64,000 nt of DNA from an uncultured Nitrososphaerales archaeon (GTDB lineage: Archaea; Thermoproteota; Nitrososphaeria; Nitrososphaerales; Nitrososphaeraceae), in contig CAVPXM010000030.1 of the NCBI GenBank assembly GCA_963709405.1, forward strand, positions 64,001 to 128,000, in the 5' to 3' direction. The notes under the pieces are model-generated. The model did no database searches and had not been told where the DNA came from. It saw nothing but the letters and a program-made list of their open reading frames with translations. A program made the translations under genes and the position numbers. Below, one piece after another: positions 1 to 10,967 of this stretch (position 1 is the stretch's first letter; each line of letters opens with the position of its first letter).

Positions 1-605
1 GTAAGTGATCCAAGCACAAGCAAAATGTAACATCGCAATATGGTTCTCTACCTTTATCTCCCATCTAATTAACAAGCGTCTAAACCGGTTCATCCAAGAA
101 TCAGTCCTTTCAACGACCCATCGTCTAGCTCTATATCTAGGTAATTTTGCTCTTTTTATGTTGCTTCTTTCTTCTGCTCTTAATCGGATGTGAATTGTAT
201 AACCTTACTCTTCTTCAAGTAATTCGTATACTTCAGGAGAGTTATAACCCTTGTCAAGGCACATGTGCTGCTTTGATCTGATTGTTGGTTCAGGTCTATA
301 GATTACTACTATACTCTGAAGTGGTGCTTTACTCAGTTTCATATCATGTCTGTTAGCACCATCTACGGATACACCAATAGGAACTCCTTTACCATCTACC
401 AAGATACTACGGTTTGTACCTGATTTACTTCTGTCTGTGTGAGGGATTTGGTCCTGTACTTTTTTCCCTCAAGAGGTGTTTTTGTAATAACACCGCCATC
501 CATAGCCTGCCATTTCCAATCTATTCTATTATTTTAATCATATACCGACAATCCATCGATCCACATGCGTTTGAATACACCTTCTTTCCTCCACTCTTGG
601 AATCT
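1..605 (-). pseudogene. IS5-family transposase remnant (stops and frameshifts; runs off the window start)
   Basis: ORF 205..402 has LVDGKGVPIG..GANRHD..CLDKGY. Upstream minus-strand frames read RFQEWRKEGVFKRMW and WKWQAMDG, typical of IS5 DDE transposases. Confidence 0.8.
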
Positions 606-723
606 ATCTTCATATCGACTAATATGTTTCTATCTATGAATATCATCAATTTGTAGATTCGACAGACAGATATGTTTATGAGTTCATCCCAAGTCCTGAA
701 TGCTTTACTATCCATAGAATCAG

Positions 724-1053
724 CTAGTCATGAGTAAGTTTGAGGAATTTTAATAACTCTGATTTATGTATCTCGGGATCTTCGTACTTCATGTGATGCT
801 CTATCGATTCCAGATGGACGTTCTTTACGTCTGGATGTAATCTACAGTAAAAGTATCCCTGCTCTATGGCAATTACAGGATAACATGGGCTTTGGTCTAA
901 ATTATGTTCCTGGGATGCAGTATATGATATATTTGGATCATCATAAAAGAAACCGTTTATTGAGCTGAGACTAGTAGTATCTTCTATACGTATAGCTGAA
1001 TCCGTTAATAACGGGGAACATGAGCAGATGCGCTCCTTCAGCATCCCCGTCAT
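724..1053 (-). CDS. hypothetical protein with C-terminal Cys/His motif (YCRLHP...IEHH)
   Basis: ORF track; a diverged second copy of the C-terminal part lies at about 2144-2273. Confidence 0.45.
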   Translation of the reverse strand: MTGMLKERICSCSPLLTDSAIRIEDTTSLSSINGFFYDDPNISYTASQEHNLDQSPCYPVIAIEQGYFYCRLHPDVKNVHLESIEHHMKYEDPEIHKSELLKFLKLTHD

Positions 1054-1512
1054 CTTTCCAGTTTTGTATCGCTAGCGATTTGAGAGCACGTGCCCATGAT
1101 CGAGAATATACACATGTAGTTATATCATCAATCTCAATGTACATCGAACCTTCAGTCTATACTTACAATGTCTCATTTTAGAGAATGTTTATACTCTGGC
1201 ATGCTGCATATCGTTATTAGAACAGTTTTTTCCGATATAACTAAGCCAGATTTTACAAGAATCCAATACTGTCTGACATGCTGAAAATTACTACATCTAG
1301 AATGATCAGGGAATTGTATCATGTTTTTGTCGGCGTTACTAATCATCCTGGCTGCCATTATCTATAGAACTCATCGTAAATATTTTCAATATCGATCGCT
1401 TGAATTCTTCGATTTGCGACAAGTAACTACTTTACAATATAAACCGTTATTCTGATTAATCATAGATAGTTTTTACTGAGGTTAATTAACAGCATTTAGA
1501 CATTAAGTAATA

Positions 1513-1698
1513 ATGATTGAAAACATCCTGTATGTAGTTATCGGATTTGTTGTTACCTATCTGTCACTGGAATTAGCGTGGCACTTTACAGCCTGCAGAA
1601 TCAAGGACAAGAAACTAAGACCTTGCATGTTCAAAGAAATTAAAACAGTCTTGATGGTATCTCAAACTAGTCGTCGTCATAGGAAGGATGGTGTATAG
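1513..1698 (+). CDS. small membrane protein, hypothetical
   Basis: N-terminal hydrophobic helix; 6 bp from the next ORF. Confidence 0.55.
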   Translation: MIENILYVVIGFVVTYLSLELAWHFTACRIKDKKLRPCMFKEIKTVLMVSQTSRRHRKDGV

Positions 1699-1704
1699 TA
1701 ATAA

Positions 1705-2100
1705 ATGATGATAACTACAGAATTGCAAGAAATAAGAAATGTCTTCAGAGGACTAGAAACACTATATCAAACATACCTTCCAAAAGTCGATCCTACGCTG
1801 ATTCGTGAACTTCTAGTACGCGAACAAGATAAGACTGAACGTGCACCTTTTTACATGGTTGAAGTATTTACCAAGAAGGGTACTGATTCGCAATGGTGCA
1901 AGGCTCATATATTGAATACTACTGGGTTTGTTCCTGCAATATACGATAATGGTACTCACTATGTAACTAATATGAGATTAACATACGACATTCTCAAAAG
2001 ATTAAATGACTTTGACTTTGTGAATGAAGTTTCAGGTGATTATACTGGCACATTAACAGGTAGAGGAGCATCACACGAACGTAGAGGCCACACAGACTAG
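1705..2100 (+). CDS. hypothetical protein
   Basis: 131-aa ORF with protein-like composition, operon-like with the previous ORF. Confidence 0.7.
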   Translation: MMITTELQEIRNVFRGLETLYQTYLPKVDPTLIRELLVREQDKTERAPFYMVEVFTKKGTDSQWCKAHILNTTGFVPAIYDNGTHYVTNMRLTYDILKRLNDFDFVNEVSGDYTGTLTGRGASHERRGHTD

Positions 2101-2330
2101 TAGGAAAACAGCTCTAGAGATCCAAGCCCGTTTTGGCAATATCTAATAATTTCAGTAACTCCAATCTGTGCTTCTGAGGATCTTGGTACTTGATGTGATG
2201 CTCTGTCGTTCTTTATGTCAGGATGTAATCTGCAGTAAAAGTAGTTTTATTTTTCGCGATTATTGTATAACACGATAACGAGGCGTGTATGTCGTTAACT
2301 TTGGCCGGATCAGCGTCGGTCACCTCAGAT

Positions 2331-2753
2331 TTAATTTATCAAATTATGGTAATTTCTTACCAAGATCATCTGTCTTCCGTTGTATGAGCCTATCCATTTG
2401 TGAGTAGGATCTTCTGATGGAGGACTCTTTAGGCTATTTAGATAGCTAAGTATATCTTGCTTTGTCATTTGTCGAAAAGACTTGGCCAAGTAATTTGATA
2501 GCCATATCAACATTTTTATTTTCCCTTCTTTGGTCGACTCTTTGATATTGATTTCCGCCTGTTCGGCTAAAATGTAATCACAAACGACATTAGCATTTTC
2601 CGTGTTGACTGCGGCGAGTCTCTTCAAAGCCTGTCTAAAATAAGGCTTTGAGTTGTATTGTGTGATAGAGTCTATCTTTGTTTCCAGTTCATTGCATATA
2701 GCTTTTAGATGTATCTCTTGAAGCGCCAATATTGTTGTAAGAAATAGGCACAT
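2331..2753 (-). pseudogene. N-terminal fragment of a tyrosine recombinase/integrase
   Basis: DYILAEQAEINI..KSFRQMTKQDILSYLNSLK..DPTHKWIGSYN resembles the N-terminus of Nitrososphaera-type integrases (from recall). No catalytic domain follows. It lies directly 3' of a tRNA. Confidence 0.65.
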
Positions 2754-2792
2754 ATCATAGTTAATGAGTTTACGTTAAGAATCCAAGTAAAG

Positions 2793-2876
2793 CGCGGGGA
2801 GTGGGATTCGAACCCACGGGTTCTTTCGAACATGGGATTAGCAATCCCACGCCCTACCAGGCTAGGCGACCCCCGC
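2793..2876 (-). tRNA. tRNA-Ser(GCT), long variable arm, no intron
   Basis: Reverse complement GCGGGGGTCGCCTAGCCTGGTAGGGCGTGGGATTGCTAATCCCAT...GGTTCGAATCCCACTCCCCGCG folds as a cloverleaf. Confidence 0.95.
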
Positions 2877-3212
2877 TATAACAAAAAAATACCATGAGCA
2901 TTATATTAATTGTAGGTAATGTTCAATTTTGTATTGATTTATCTATGATATTGTATATTCATTAGGCTCTATAAACCACATTAATACAAAGGCCTTAGAG
3001 CTGTTTAAAGTATGATTTTCTCTTCAAAATCAAGATGTGATAGACTAGTACAGACAATGTTAAACGGGATAAAAAACACTACACACTCGATATGATATTT
3101 CGTCCCATAAATGCCACAAACAAATTCAGGTTTGGCGGTCTATGAACAATTAGTTAGGCGCCCTAATCAAATACAAAATTAATGGCCCGTATTTGGAAGG
3201 TTAGAAGCTCCT

Positions 3213-3788
3213 GTGCAAACGTTCCCACAGTTGTCATATAACAGATTTGATATTCTTCAGAATCTTACAGAAAGAATCAATTCTATTGTATTTGAAATGA
3301 CCTTGGACTACTCGGTTAAAAGGATTATAATATGGACCAGACTGATTATACTATCTTTGAACCTTAAAGAGTCAAATGAAATCTTTCGAAAGGCAATCAT
3401 TAAGACATACTTTGAACCCGAATTACTGAAAATGGACTTTCGTAAATCTTTTGCAAAACATCCTACAATTAAGGATGAGGGTTTAACAGTAGATGATGCA
3501 TTGCATTTATATTTTGACCTGAATACTGGGGATGACTATCCTGATGGTGATGAGTGGTTTACAATCGAATATCTAATACCATATAGTGTAAAATTACCCG
3601 ATAATCTTAAAGGACCAGATTATTTTACAACTATCTCAGTTTCAGAAGGTAAGCATTTTTGGAGACATCGGGAATTAATTCGATATAAATATGGCAAATC
3701 CAAGAAATTATCTGAATCTTTGGAATTTATAAATAGAAAATACCGTGAATTGATCGAGATTTTGCAGGATTCCTCGGTTATTAATTAA
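3213..3788 (+). CDS. hypothetical protein (true start probably further downstream)
   Basis: Long ORF; the C-terminal 140 aa look protein-like. Confidence 0.6.
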   Translation: MQTFPQLSYNRFDILQNLTERINSIVFEMTLDYSVKRIIIWTRLIILSLNLKESNEIFRKAIIKTYFEPELLKMDFRKSFAKHPTIKDEGLTVDDALHLYFDLNTGDDYPDGDEWFTIEYLIPYSVKLPDNLKGPDYFTTISVSEGKHFWRHRELIRYKYGKSKKLSESLEFINRKYRELIEILQDSSVIN

Positions 3789-3838
3789 CTAGGATAAATA
3801 TCTAAAACGTTATCGCTTCTCTCAATAACGACCTTCGA

Positions 3839-4348
3839 TCACTCGCTGCTCTCATGACCAGGCCCTGCAACAGAAGGATACCATCTATGGTTGTTCTCGT
3901 TGTATAAATATACTATCTCATTTAAATGAGTAGGGAAGGATTTTAGCTGGATTTCGACAATATCGACCATGTATTCGATCTTTTCAATAGCCATTTCAAA
4001 TTGCCTAGTATTTTTACTCTTTAGTATGAATGTGACACTCGCAAGGCTATTGTAAGAGGTTCTGCAAAAATGAAAGACTATCTTAATATTCCTTTTACCT
4101 CTTCTTTTTGCCATTTCTTTTAGCACCTCTTTAATTTTGAACCATCTCTCCACAGAAAACCATCTAAAGAAAGACTCGCCATATGAAACTGGGAATCCAA
4201 TTTCAACCATACTCACAAAATTTGTATCATTAGGTGTGAGTTGTTCTTCTTGTAATTCGAATGATTCTCTTAAAATATCATATATGATTTCGATTTCGAA
4301 TGGAGAAATGCCATAATATCTAAAGTTAGCACTGGTTTCATTGCCCAA
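3839..4348 (-). CDS. hypothetical protein
   Basis: 169-aa ORF. Confidence 0.65.
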   Translation of the reverse strand: MGNETSANFRYYGISPFEIEIIYDILRESFELQEEQLTPNDTNFVSMVEIGFPVSYGESFFRWFSVERWFKIKEVLKEMAKRRGKRNIKIVFHFCRTSYNSLASVTFILKSKNTRQFEMAIEKIEYMVDIVEIQLKSFPTHLNEIVYLYNENNHRWYPSVAGPGHESSE

Positions 4349-4855
4349 TATAATAACTCAGACAAATTCCCAAACTAAAGAGTTACTGCGCCATATTAGG
4401 TTGCCTGTCGAGATCGGTCATAAGTAAAATGTGCACTTTAACCTTCTCATTTTGATTGGATCAGTTCAGAATTTGGAAATATTTTAGATTTTTTTAGGTA
4501 AATTATATCATCTAACGATATCTCATCTTTTTTGCCTTTGCCATAAAATAAATTTCATGCTACTCCAGGACATACGCCCTCACAACATATCGTTAATCAA
4601 GTTATCGATATTCTTAATACCGCTAGATCTATCCCTCAACCTTATAATGATTTCATGCTTTGTACATTAACACATATGGGGTAAGAACTAGCCATCAACC
4701 CTAGCAAGACCTAATTGGCTTGCAATAGAAAAATTATGCAGGATAAGTTGTTAATCGGCCCTTGGCTCGGCAAGAATTTATGAAATCATATCAATTTATG
4801 CGGATAAGTATTTAATGCATGTTTGAACACTACAACTAATATATTGAGTATTTCG

Positions 4856-5857
4856 ATGCAAACAAATCCACTTGATGTATTGGACAAGCAATTGCTAAAT
4901 GATATCCAATGGACATTCCCCTTTGCTGATAGGCCGTTTCTTGAAATTTCTGGGCGTTATGGTGTTTCTGAAACAGAAATTATTCAGAGGATATCAAAAT
5001 TGAAAACGATGGGTCTAATCCGACAGATAAATGCAATTTTTGATACTAGGAAGCTTGGCTATAAGAGTGCCCTCGTAGCATTCTCGGTTAAATCGGATAA
5101 GATTGAATTCATCGCTAATGAGATAAATAAGCACCCCGGCGTTAGTCACAATTACGAGAGAAATCATGAGTTCAATATCTGGTTCACTCTTGCAGTCGCT
5201 CCAGGTGATGATATGAAGATTGCACTCGATAAGATGTCGTCGCTGGACGGAGTCCTGAAATATAGATTGATGCCTACGCTTAAACTATACAAAATTGGCG
5301 TGAGGTTAGATATGATCAACGGAGATCCAGTTACTCCATCGCCTTCGGATAAAGTTAAAGATCCTGTTACGAAAGGGTTCGAGATCACAGAGCGTGATAA
5401 GGATTTTGTAAGAGAACTACAGAAAGATTTGAAAATTATTCCTGAACCTTTTAAAATTAATGCTGATAATCTTGGCATAACTACTGTGGAACTCTTTGAG
5501 AAAGCTAGAGAATATGAGAAAATCGGTGTCATGCGAAGGTTTGCGGCAATCTTGCGTCATCGTGAAGCTGGATTTACTGCCAACGGTATGATAGTTTGGA
5601 ATGTGCCCGCTGACAATATCGATGAAATTGGCAATAGACTTGCTACGTTTCCAGAGGTAAGTCATTGCTATCGCAGACCAGTCTATCCTGACTGGCGATT
5701 TAATTTGTTTAGCATGATACATGCACGCTCATTGGAAGGGGCAGAGAAAATTGCATTCGAAATATCAAAAATCATTGGAATTAGTGATTATCAAATCCTG
5801 TTTAGCACACGGGAATTTAAGAAAGAACGAGTTAGGTACTTTGAAGAAAGTACTTAA
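4856..5857 (+). CDS. ahbAB: fused siroheme decarboxylase AhbA-AhbB (Lrp/AsnC-like, NirDL/GH family)
   Basis: Two tandem Lrp-like units, with HNYER..FNIWFT and HCYRR..PDWRFNLFSMIH motifs. Confidence 0.85.
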   Translation: MQTNPLDVLDKQLLNDIQWTFPFADRPFLEISGRYGVSETEIIQRISKLKTMGLIRQINAIFDTRKLGYKSALVAFSVKSDKIEFIANEINKHPGVSHNYERNHEFNIWFTLAVAPGDDMKIALDKMSSLDGVLKYRLMPTLKLYKIGVRLDMINGDPVTPSPSDKVKDPVTKGFEITERDKDFVRELQKDLKIIPEPFKINADNLGITTVELFEKAREYEKIGVMRRFAAILRHREAGFTANGMIVWNVPADNIDEIGNRLATFPEVSHCYRRPVYPDWRFNLFSMIHARSLEGAEKIAFEISKIIGISDYQILFSTREFKKERVRYFEEST

Positions 5858-5947
5858 CTGCTAATTTTATTTATGAATAACAAGGTAGATGATGGGTTTA
5901 GAATCTGATTTTGCTCCGGTCTCCGTCTCACATTGGCTTGCGAAGCT

Positions 5948-6952
5948 TTATTCAGAATTTGCAATCGATGAGGATTGTATATAAAAATTATTATTGTATA
6001 ACTCTGATATCTGAAACATTTCCTTTTCGCCGAGATACTTACCGTCAGACATTTCAGCAATTGCCTCAAGTTCTGGGATGTCTAGGACAGTAGGTAGGAC
6101 AACTGAAATCTCTCTTTGAGAGAGTATGAATTTAAATGCTAACTCGGTAATATTAAACCCTCTTGACTCTGCAATATGTCTCATCTTTTCAACTTTCTGT
6201 AACGCCTCAAGGATCCATTCCCTTTTTCTGCTTCCTCTGTGATCATTCTTATCGAATGTAGTGTCAGCTTTAACCTTGCCAGTCAATATTCCTGAGGCGT
6301 CAGGAACCCGTACTATGATTCCTACATCATTTTGGCGAGCCACATCAAAGAAGGCCCTTCCAGGATCCTGTTCTAGAATATTGTAGACAGTTTGCAAGCA
6401 CGTAATATTTCTTGTTCTTGTAGCCAGCAATCCTTCTTCCATCCATCCAATAGCTGGACCCAGTGCTACACCATAACTCTTAATTTTTCCATCTAATGCT
6501 AAAGAATCGAGAGAATCAAATATGGTGTCATTTTGTATTGCATCGATTTTCGGATTATGAAGACTGTATACATCAATATAATCAGATTGTAAACGATCCA
6601 TACTCCTTTGTAGCGCATAATGCAAAAACTCACTATTGTGCTTCTGTGGTATCTCATTATGCCCAACTTGTTTGCTATTATATATGTCATACCCCCATTT
6701 TGTAGAGTAGACTAACTCTTCTCTGTTCATACCTTTAAAGGCTTGTGATATTAGTCTTTCACTCTTGCCATTTCCGTAAATATCCGCAGTCTCGTAGAAA
6801 TTGATTCCAAGATCATATGCACGTTTGAGCATTTTTATTGCATCGTCATCATCTACCCTCTTACCGCCCCACCAATCAAGCGCAATAGCCCAAGCTCCAA
6901 AACCGACCTCGCTTACTTTTATATTGCTTTTACCTAATTTTCTATATTTCAT
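5948..6952 (-). CDS. aldo/keto reductase
   Basis: MKYRKLG..VSEVGFG, ETADIYGNGKSE, DYIDVYSLH, YNILEQ motifs. Confidence 0.92.
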   Translation of the reverse strand: MKYRKLGKSNIKVSEVGFGAWAIALDWWGGKRVDDDDAIKMLKRAYDLGINFYETADIYGNGKSERLISQAFKGMNREELVYSTKWGYDIYNSKQVGHNEIPQKHNSEFLHYALQRSMDRLQSDYIDVYSLHNPKIDAIQNDTIFDSLDSLALDGKIKSYGVALGPAIGWMEEGLLATRTRNITCLQTVYNILEQDPGRAFFDVARQNDVGIIVRVPDASGILTGKVKADTTFDKNDHRGSRKREWILEALQKVEKMRHIAESRGFNITELAFKFILSQREISVVLPTVLDIPELEAIAEMSDGKYLGEKEMFQISELYNNNFYIQSSSIANSE

Positions 6953-6953
6953 A

Positions 6954-7541
6954 TTACTTATTCAGCGTCTCCAAAATTCTGGTCCTGATCTGTTGAAATT
7001 TCTCATCATCGAAAACAGGTCGACCGTGATCTTCTAGCATCTCAGCTTCATTGCCAGATATTTCAATCGATATCCAAGATTTACAGCCAGACCATTCTGG
7101 TTTTATGTAAACAGGTATAGTGTGATTCATCTTGTAAACTCGTAATATTATCATATTCATAGATTTCTTGGGGTTATAATTCATTCTCATTTCTAAGTAG
7201 CTCTTGTTCCATATATGATATTTTTCGAGCTTTGACAGAATGTATTTGTCGTTGATCTGTCTAATATCTGAAACCTCTGCGTATGCGGCTATATTTCTTT
7301 TTTCATCAGTGTTGTCCTTCAATATCGTTTCAAGCTTGTGCGCATAATCCACTTGGAGAGCCTTACTTGATTGATGTTCCATAGTTGGGAACAAAAGAAA
7401 TCTATCGTTAACAAGCTTAAATCCATCTTTATATTCCAGAATCCCACCCTTTCGCAGTAACACCACCTGCCTTCCCTCTTCTAGCGCCTTGCAGATTATT
7501 GCCCATTCTTTAAGGGCAGAAATGGGAACCTCCGAGGTCAT
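6954..7541 (-). CDS. DUF1802-family protein
   Basis: ALKEWA..ALEEGRQVVLLRKGGI..FLLFPT.EHQ and GCKSW motifs. Confidence 0.85.
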   Translation of the reverse strand: MTSEVPISALKEWAIICKALEEGRQVVLLRKGGILEYKDGFKLVNDRFLLFPTMEHQSSKALQVDYAHKLETILKDNTDEKRNIAAYAEVSDIRQINDKYILSKLEKYHIWNKSYLEMRMNYNPKKSMNMIILRVYKMNHTIPVYIKPEWSGCKSWISIEISGNEAEMLEDHGRPVFDDEKFQQIRTRILETLNK

Positions 7542-8260
7542 CCCAGACTCCTGATAATGATATCAATTGGTTTATACACACATACTATCATCGGTGTATC
7601 TTTCACCACGTAGCGGCTCACTCGCGTCTCTCGTAATTGGATTATCAAATCCTGAAAAACCATCAGATCATCTGTCTCAAAGGCAAGCGTAAAATCTTGA
7701 TCGTGAATACCGAAGGAATAGGAAGTATTGATTCGTATTTGTGGAAACTTTTTTCCAACAGTTATGTGTTCTTCCATCATTTTTTTCCGGTCATCTAGGG
7801 GTAGCAAATACCATTCCCTTGATTTAATGAACGGATATACAATGAGATATTTCATTGGTTGCTCATCAAGCATAAAACCAGGCTGGATTTTATTATTCGA
7901 ATAAATTGACGGTCTATAGGCAGATAAGTAAACCAGCGAAGGGTCTATATATTTACCTACAATGGTGGTATAAACCTTCGAAGCAAGAACCTGAAATTTT
8001 TCAATCGAGTCGGAGATCATCCATAGCATAAAGTCCATATCATGTCGAAGTCCTAGACTTGAATATGTTCTAACTTTCATCTTTGTATTTGCTACCTCTA
8101 TTAACGTTGAAAACTCTTTAGACGCTTCTTCCTTCCCAATATCATTTAACCATCTCCACTTTTGATCGATTTTAAAAAATGAAAAATTGAGATATAGTGC
8201 TGACGAACGCGTCTTTTGCTCGCCCTCATTATCACCGGACAAATTCATAATTAAAATCAA
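7538..8260 (-). CDS. chlorite dismutase-family heme protein, coproheme decarboxylase (ChdC/HemQ)-like
   Basis: YPFIKSREWYLL..RKKMMEEH..NTSYSFGIHDQDF..FETDD. Confidence 0.85.
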   Translation of the reverse strand: MILIMNLSGDNEGEQKTRSSALYLNFSFFKIDQKWRWLNDIGKEEASKEFSTLIEVANTKMKVRTYSSLGLRHDMDFMLWMISDSIEKFQVLASKVYTTIVGKYIDPSLVYLSAYRPSIYSNNKIQPGFMLDEQPMKYLIVYPFIKSREWYLLPLDDRKKMMEEHITVGKKFPQIRINTSYSFGIHDQDFTLAFETDDLMVFQDLIIQLRETRVSRYVVKDTPMIVCVYKPIDIIIRSLG

Positions 8261-8342
8261 GAGTCCTTTATCATATTTAAATTACATAATACCTGAAGAA
8301 ACAATAAAGTCTAACTACGCCCAAGAAATATCATTCATTTTC

Positions 8343-9119
8343 CTATTTATCCTCCAATCCTAACCATCCGTACCCTCGAGTTTCAAGTTCTTCAGATAAT
8401 CCCTTGTCCCCTGATTTTATTATTTTTCCATTTGTCATTATGTGAACGTGATCCAGTTTCTTGAGATATCTTAGAATTCTAGCGTAGTGTGTGATTACCA
8501 TTATCCCAGCGCCAGTGTCAATCAAATCATTAATTGCCCCTGCAACTGATCGTACTGCATCGATATCCAAACCCGAGTCTGGTTCGTCCAAGATGGCAAC
8601 GTTCGGTTTTAAGACTAGCATTTGCATCACCTCTGATCTTTTTTTCTCTCCCCCAGAAAATCCTTCGTTAAGATATCTACTGAGAAACGAAGGGTCAAGG
8701 CCAACAGAGTCTAAATTGCTTTTTACATATTCATGAAATTCTTTCACAGTCAAAAAAACTTCTCTATTCTTTTGCTCTTGACCCAAAGATTTGCTCAATG
8801 CGTTATAAGCATTTCTTAAAAAATGACTATACCCAACGCCAGAAATTTCAGTTGGATACTGGAAACCTAGGAATAATCCCTTATTTGCTCTTTCATCAGT
8901 CCTAAGGCCTAAAATGCTTTTTCCATCCACAAGGATATCGCCTGATTTAACTGCATATCTTGGATGTCCCAATAGTACATTTGCAAAGGTGCTCTTTCCA
9001 GAGCCATTTGGCCCCATTATTGCATGGACTTCACCTTTATCGACAGTTAAGGTAAGGCCTGAGAGAATTTCCTTTTCGTCGATACTAGCATGCAAATCTT
9101 TAACTTCTAGAAACGGCAT
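8343..9119 (-). CDS. sufC: Fe-S cluster assembly ATPase SufC
   Basis: GPNGSGKST, FQYP.EI.GV, RYLNEGFSGGEKKR, LDEPDSGLD. Confidence 0.95.
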   Translation of the reverse strand: MPFLEVKDLHASIDEKEILSGLTLTVDKGEVHAIMGPNGSGKSTFANVLLGHPRYAVKSGDILVDGKSILGLRTDERANKGLFLGFQYPTEISGVGYSHFLRNAYNALSKSLGQEQKNREVFLTVKEFHEYVKSNLDSVGLDPSFLSRYLNEGFSGGEKKRSEVMQMLVLKPNVAILDEPDSGLDIDAVRSVAGAINDLIDTGAGIMVITHYARILRYLKKLDHVHIMTNGKIIKSGDKGLSEELETRGYGWLGLEDK

Positions 9120-9406
9120 ACAAGTACAATATATTCCCCGATATATAATATATGAGCGTAATAAAAAGCCAAGATATCTACTTGACAAAAAATTGTGTAA
9201 AATATAAAATTAAAATGATTCTGTCGTTAAAGATTATTAGATTCGGGTTTCAAGAATCACCGTGAACAGTAATGTTTCTGGACTCATGCTTTAATTCATA
9301 GTTCAATATTGCTTCTATCTATTCGGATAACATATCTCAAAGGTTAAGCCTAGCGTACTAGATAGTCGGCATCGAAATGCTTGAATGCAAGAAACAGTCA
9401 AAGACC

Positions 9407-9946
9407 TTAAGCTACTTTTAATATTCCCGTCATGTAAGGATGTACAGTGCAGTGAAATGGATATTGTTGTCCAGATGATAACTTTGAAGTATCGACTTTG
9501 GCTGATTCACCTGCGTTAATTATACTTGTATCAAATAACTTGCCAGCGTTTGCATCATCAGGTCCCTTCCCATTTGTAACAGTATGAGGTACAGAATCTT
9601 TATTTACTACTTGCACAACATTGCCCTTTTTGACACTAATTGGACTGGGGTTATAAGCTGGGTTTCCTTGTATTGAAGCGCCTTGCATAACAGTAAGCGT
9701 TGCACCAACAGGTCCACTAACGTTAGTAGCGGCTACTTTATTGGTTATACTCCCATTAGCTGTTCCTCCAGAAGATAAACCTGACTGCGTAGAATTTACT
9801 TTAGGAAGATCTTTGCGGTCCAAATCATCAATTACTCCAGGGGTTGGAGCTACCAGAGCAAATAGATAAAAACATAAGATACCAGTGATAGCTCCTAATA
9901 CGATAAGTGCAACAAATGCTACTATACCAGCAGAATGCATCTCCAT
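9407..9946 (-). CDS. membrane-anchored plastocyanin/azurin-like blue copper protein
   Basis: N-terminal TM helix; PHTVT and CTVHPYM type-1 copper ligands. Confidence 0.9.
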   Translation of the reverse strand: MEMHSAGIVAFVALIVLGAITGILCFYLFALVAPTPGVIDDLDRKDLPKVNSTQSGLSSGGTANGSITNKVAATNVSGPVGATLTVMQGASIQGNPAYNPSPISVKKGNVVQVVNKDSVPHTVTNGKGPDDANAGKLFDTSIINAGESAKVDTSKLSSGQQYPFHCTVHPYMTGILKVA

Positions 9947-10460
9947 ATGAATATCAGTTCCTATATTAAATTCTTAACTGAATCCTAATATACTTGAATT
10001 GTAATCGTCAACATATAACGAACTGACTTTTTGATTAACCGTTAGCGTTGAATGATTCTGATGCTAGATATCCGCTAAACCACTTCTTATTGCGTTACTT
10101 AATTTTAAGAAAATATCAAAATCTCCTGAAAACATACCAATGTTGTACTCGACGACTCCAAATTAATAACTTGTTGAGTTGAGCAGCGTAATTCGTAACC
10201 TAGCTCGTCTTTCAGCTAATTATAGGATATCTTCAGTGGTTGCAACTTTATTTGCTACTGATTTCCAAATCTAGACGTGTTTTAGCCCAAAATTAGAATC
10301 AGGAAGATATACATTCCGCGCATCTCAGAATGAACTTGACTTCTTTTCTTCAGTAGTTCAAATATAATTTACGTGAATTGCATATAATCTGATAACGTTT
10401 ATTAATTCTTAGATAAGGCTTTAGTCACAAATATAAGATGGTATCGGAAACTGGACTTTT

Positions 10461-10955
10461 ATGAGCCGAGATATTGAGCGAGAGCAAGCTACCATGGACC
10501 AGAAAATGAACGAATTGATACAGCAATCTAGAGTTCTAGAGGCTTATATGAATGATATCATAGCTCGAGAGACCACTATTACAAGAATGATTCAAGAGGC
10601 CCGGTTGGCGTCCGATGCTCTTCACAATATGCTTAATGAAACCGACCATGAATCTTTAACACCTATCGGTATTGGTATTTATATGAAGGCATTAATTCCT
10701 CCGGTAAAAAAGCTATTAGTAAATATTGGAGCAGGAGTTACAATCGAAAAAACTAGGGATGATACTATAAATTACGTGGAGAGTAGATTGAATGAATTCG
10801 AAGTGGGATTGAGAGAGCTTAACAAGCAGAGACAACAAATTTCATTAAATATGGAACAAATCCAGGTACAAATCAATCAATTGCTTCGTCAAGCAAGGAA
10901 TGCTCAAACCACAAAACGGCAACATATTGCTAATGATGGCACGTCTAAACAGTAA
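10461..10955 (+). CDS. pfdA: prefoldin subunit alpha
   Basis: Coiled coils flanking PIGIGIYMKA..KLLVNIGAGVTIEK; next to ftsY. Confidence 0.9.
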   Translation: MSRDIEREQATMDQKMNELIQQSRVLEAYMNDIIARETTITRMIQEARLASDALHNMLNETDHESLTPIGIGIYMKALIPPVKKLLVNIGAGVTIEKTRDDTINYVESRLNEFEVGLRELNKQRQQISLNMEQIQVQINQLLRQARNAQTTKRQHIANDGTSKQ

Positions 10956-10967
10956 GGCCGATAGAGT

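Noticed and set aside
7538-8260. Functional chlorite dismutase (O2-producing)
   Set aside because: The distal catalytic Arg appears to be replaced by manual alignment; ChdC-like is the better call.
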